Below the pieces are notes generated by a model that searched no databases, was not told the DNA's origin, and saw only the letters and a list, made by a program, of their open reading frames with translations. The position numbers and the translations under genes were made by a program. A DNA stretch of 64,000 bases from Squalus acanthias (Eukaryota), in NCBI GenBank assembly GCA_030390025.1, contig CM059425.1, positions 244,528,001 to 244,592,000 of the forward strand, read 5' to 3'. Positions 63,304 to 64,000 of the stretch are shown here, in pieces. Positions within the stretch are counted from its first letter, which is position 1, and each line of letters begins with the position of its first letter.

Positions 63304-64000
63304 ACCTCAATGTACTTCACTCACACTGGTCCCTTCATGACAAGAGGGGCACATTTACATGGGTAACACAAACACTCGTGGCATCTCGGACTAGGTGAGC
63401 TTGTGTATGCAGTGCACATCAAACGATGACATGGTTCTTGCATCATTAAACTTGACCTGCAGCACTCAATGTAGAATTGATTTTTAAATTTAAAAATGGG
63501 AAACCAATAACTCAGTGCACTGGCATTTCTGAAAGGAAGATGGAGAAGGACTGTTATATACAGTTTCAAAGAACAGCCAAGAAACAGCGTCTCTCACATC
63601 CTTCAGTCTGTAGGTGAGCATTATTCAGAAGCAGAATAATGTCACAAATAATTGCAGCACAAAGCCTACAAATAAAAATTCTTTCTGGGATGTAAAGAAT
63701 GGCACAAACAAGAATATTTTCAACGCCCCCCTCCCCTCCCCCTCCCATAGAGTTGAAAATGCCAGCATTCACAAATGTCAAAGGGAAACCCGTTTCCAAG
63801 TATTATTCCAGCCGATCGTACCACTGCGACACTAATCACTGTTGCCAAGGACAACTTTAAGAATCTGAAAAATGCCAGCTCTGAATGCAGCATCCTGGTT
63901 AATCTCCAAGCACATGATTTTCATTCTGAAAATGCCATTTCCAGAATGTACAGCTCAATAAAACCAGTCCTGTGGTTGCTGCACATCTGGCTGATCCAAT

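Overview
Eukaryotic, repeat-dominated, apparently non-coding DNA. The mix of CR1 and L2 LINEs, Deu-type tRNA SINEs, Penelope remnants and GC-rich Harbinger-type elements points to a cartilaginous fish (shark-like); this is an inference. I found no intact host protein-coding gene. Almost all long ORFs are pieces of broken CR1/L2 reading frames or artefacts of a minisatellite. Best-supported structures: (1) a full-length but disrupted CR1 (50876-55787) and a 5'-truncated sibling (1867-5283); (2) several non-autonomous PIF/Harbinger-type families with 3-bp TSDs, one confirmed by an empty paralogous site in this window; (3) three ~160-bp hAT MITEs with 8-bp TSDs; (4) a 1.26-kb solo LTR with a 4-bp TSD; (5) a decayed Harbinger-type Myb/SANT ORF; (6) a two-part templated insertion copied from nearby DNA; (7) a Penelope-type hammerhead remnant; (8) an unexplained ~1.4-kb decayed protein-like stretch (17240-19040). 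All family names come from motif recognition, not database searches, and the boundaries of degenerate repeats are approximate. I cannot support a wholly new biological system from sequence alone. The best leads are listed under findings.
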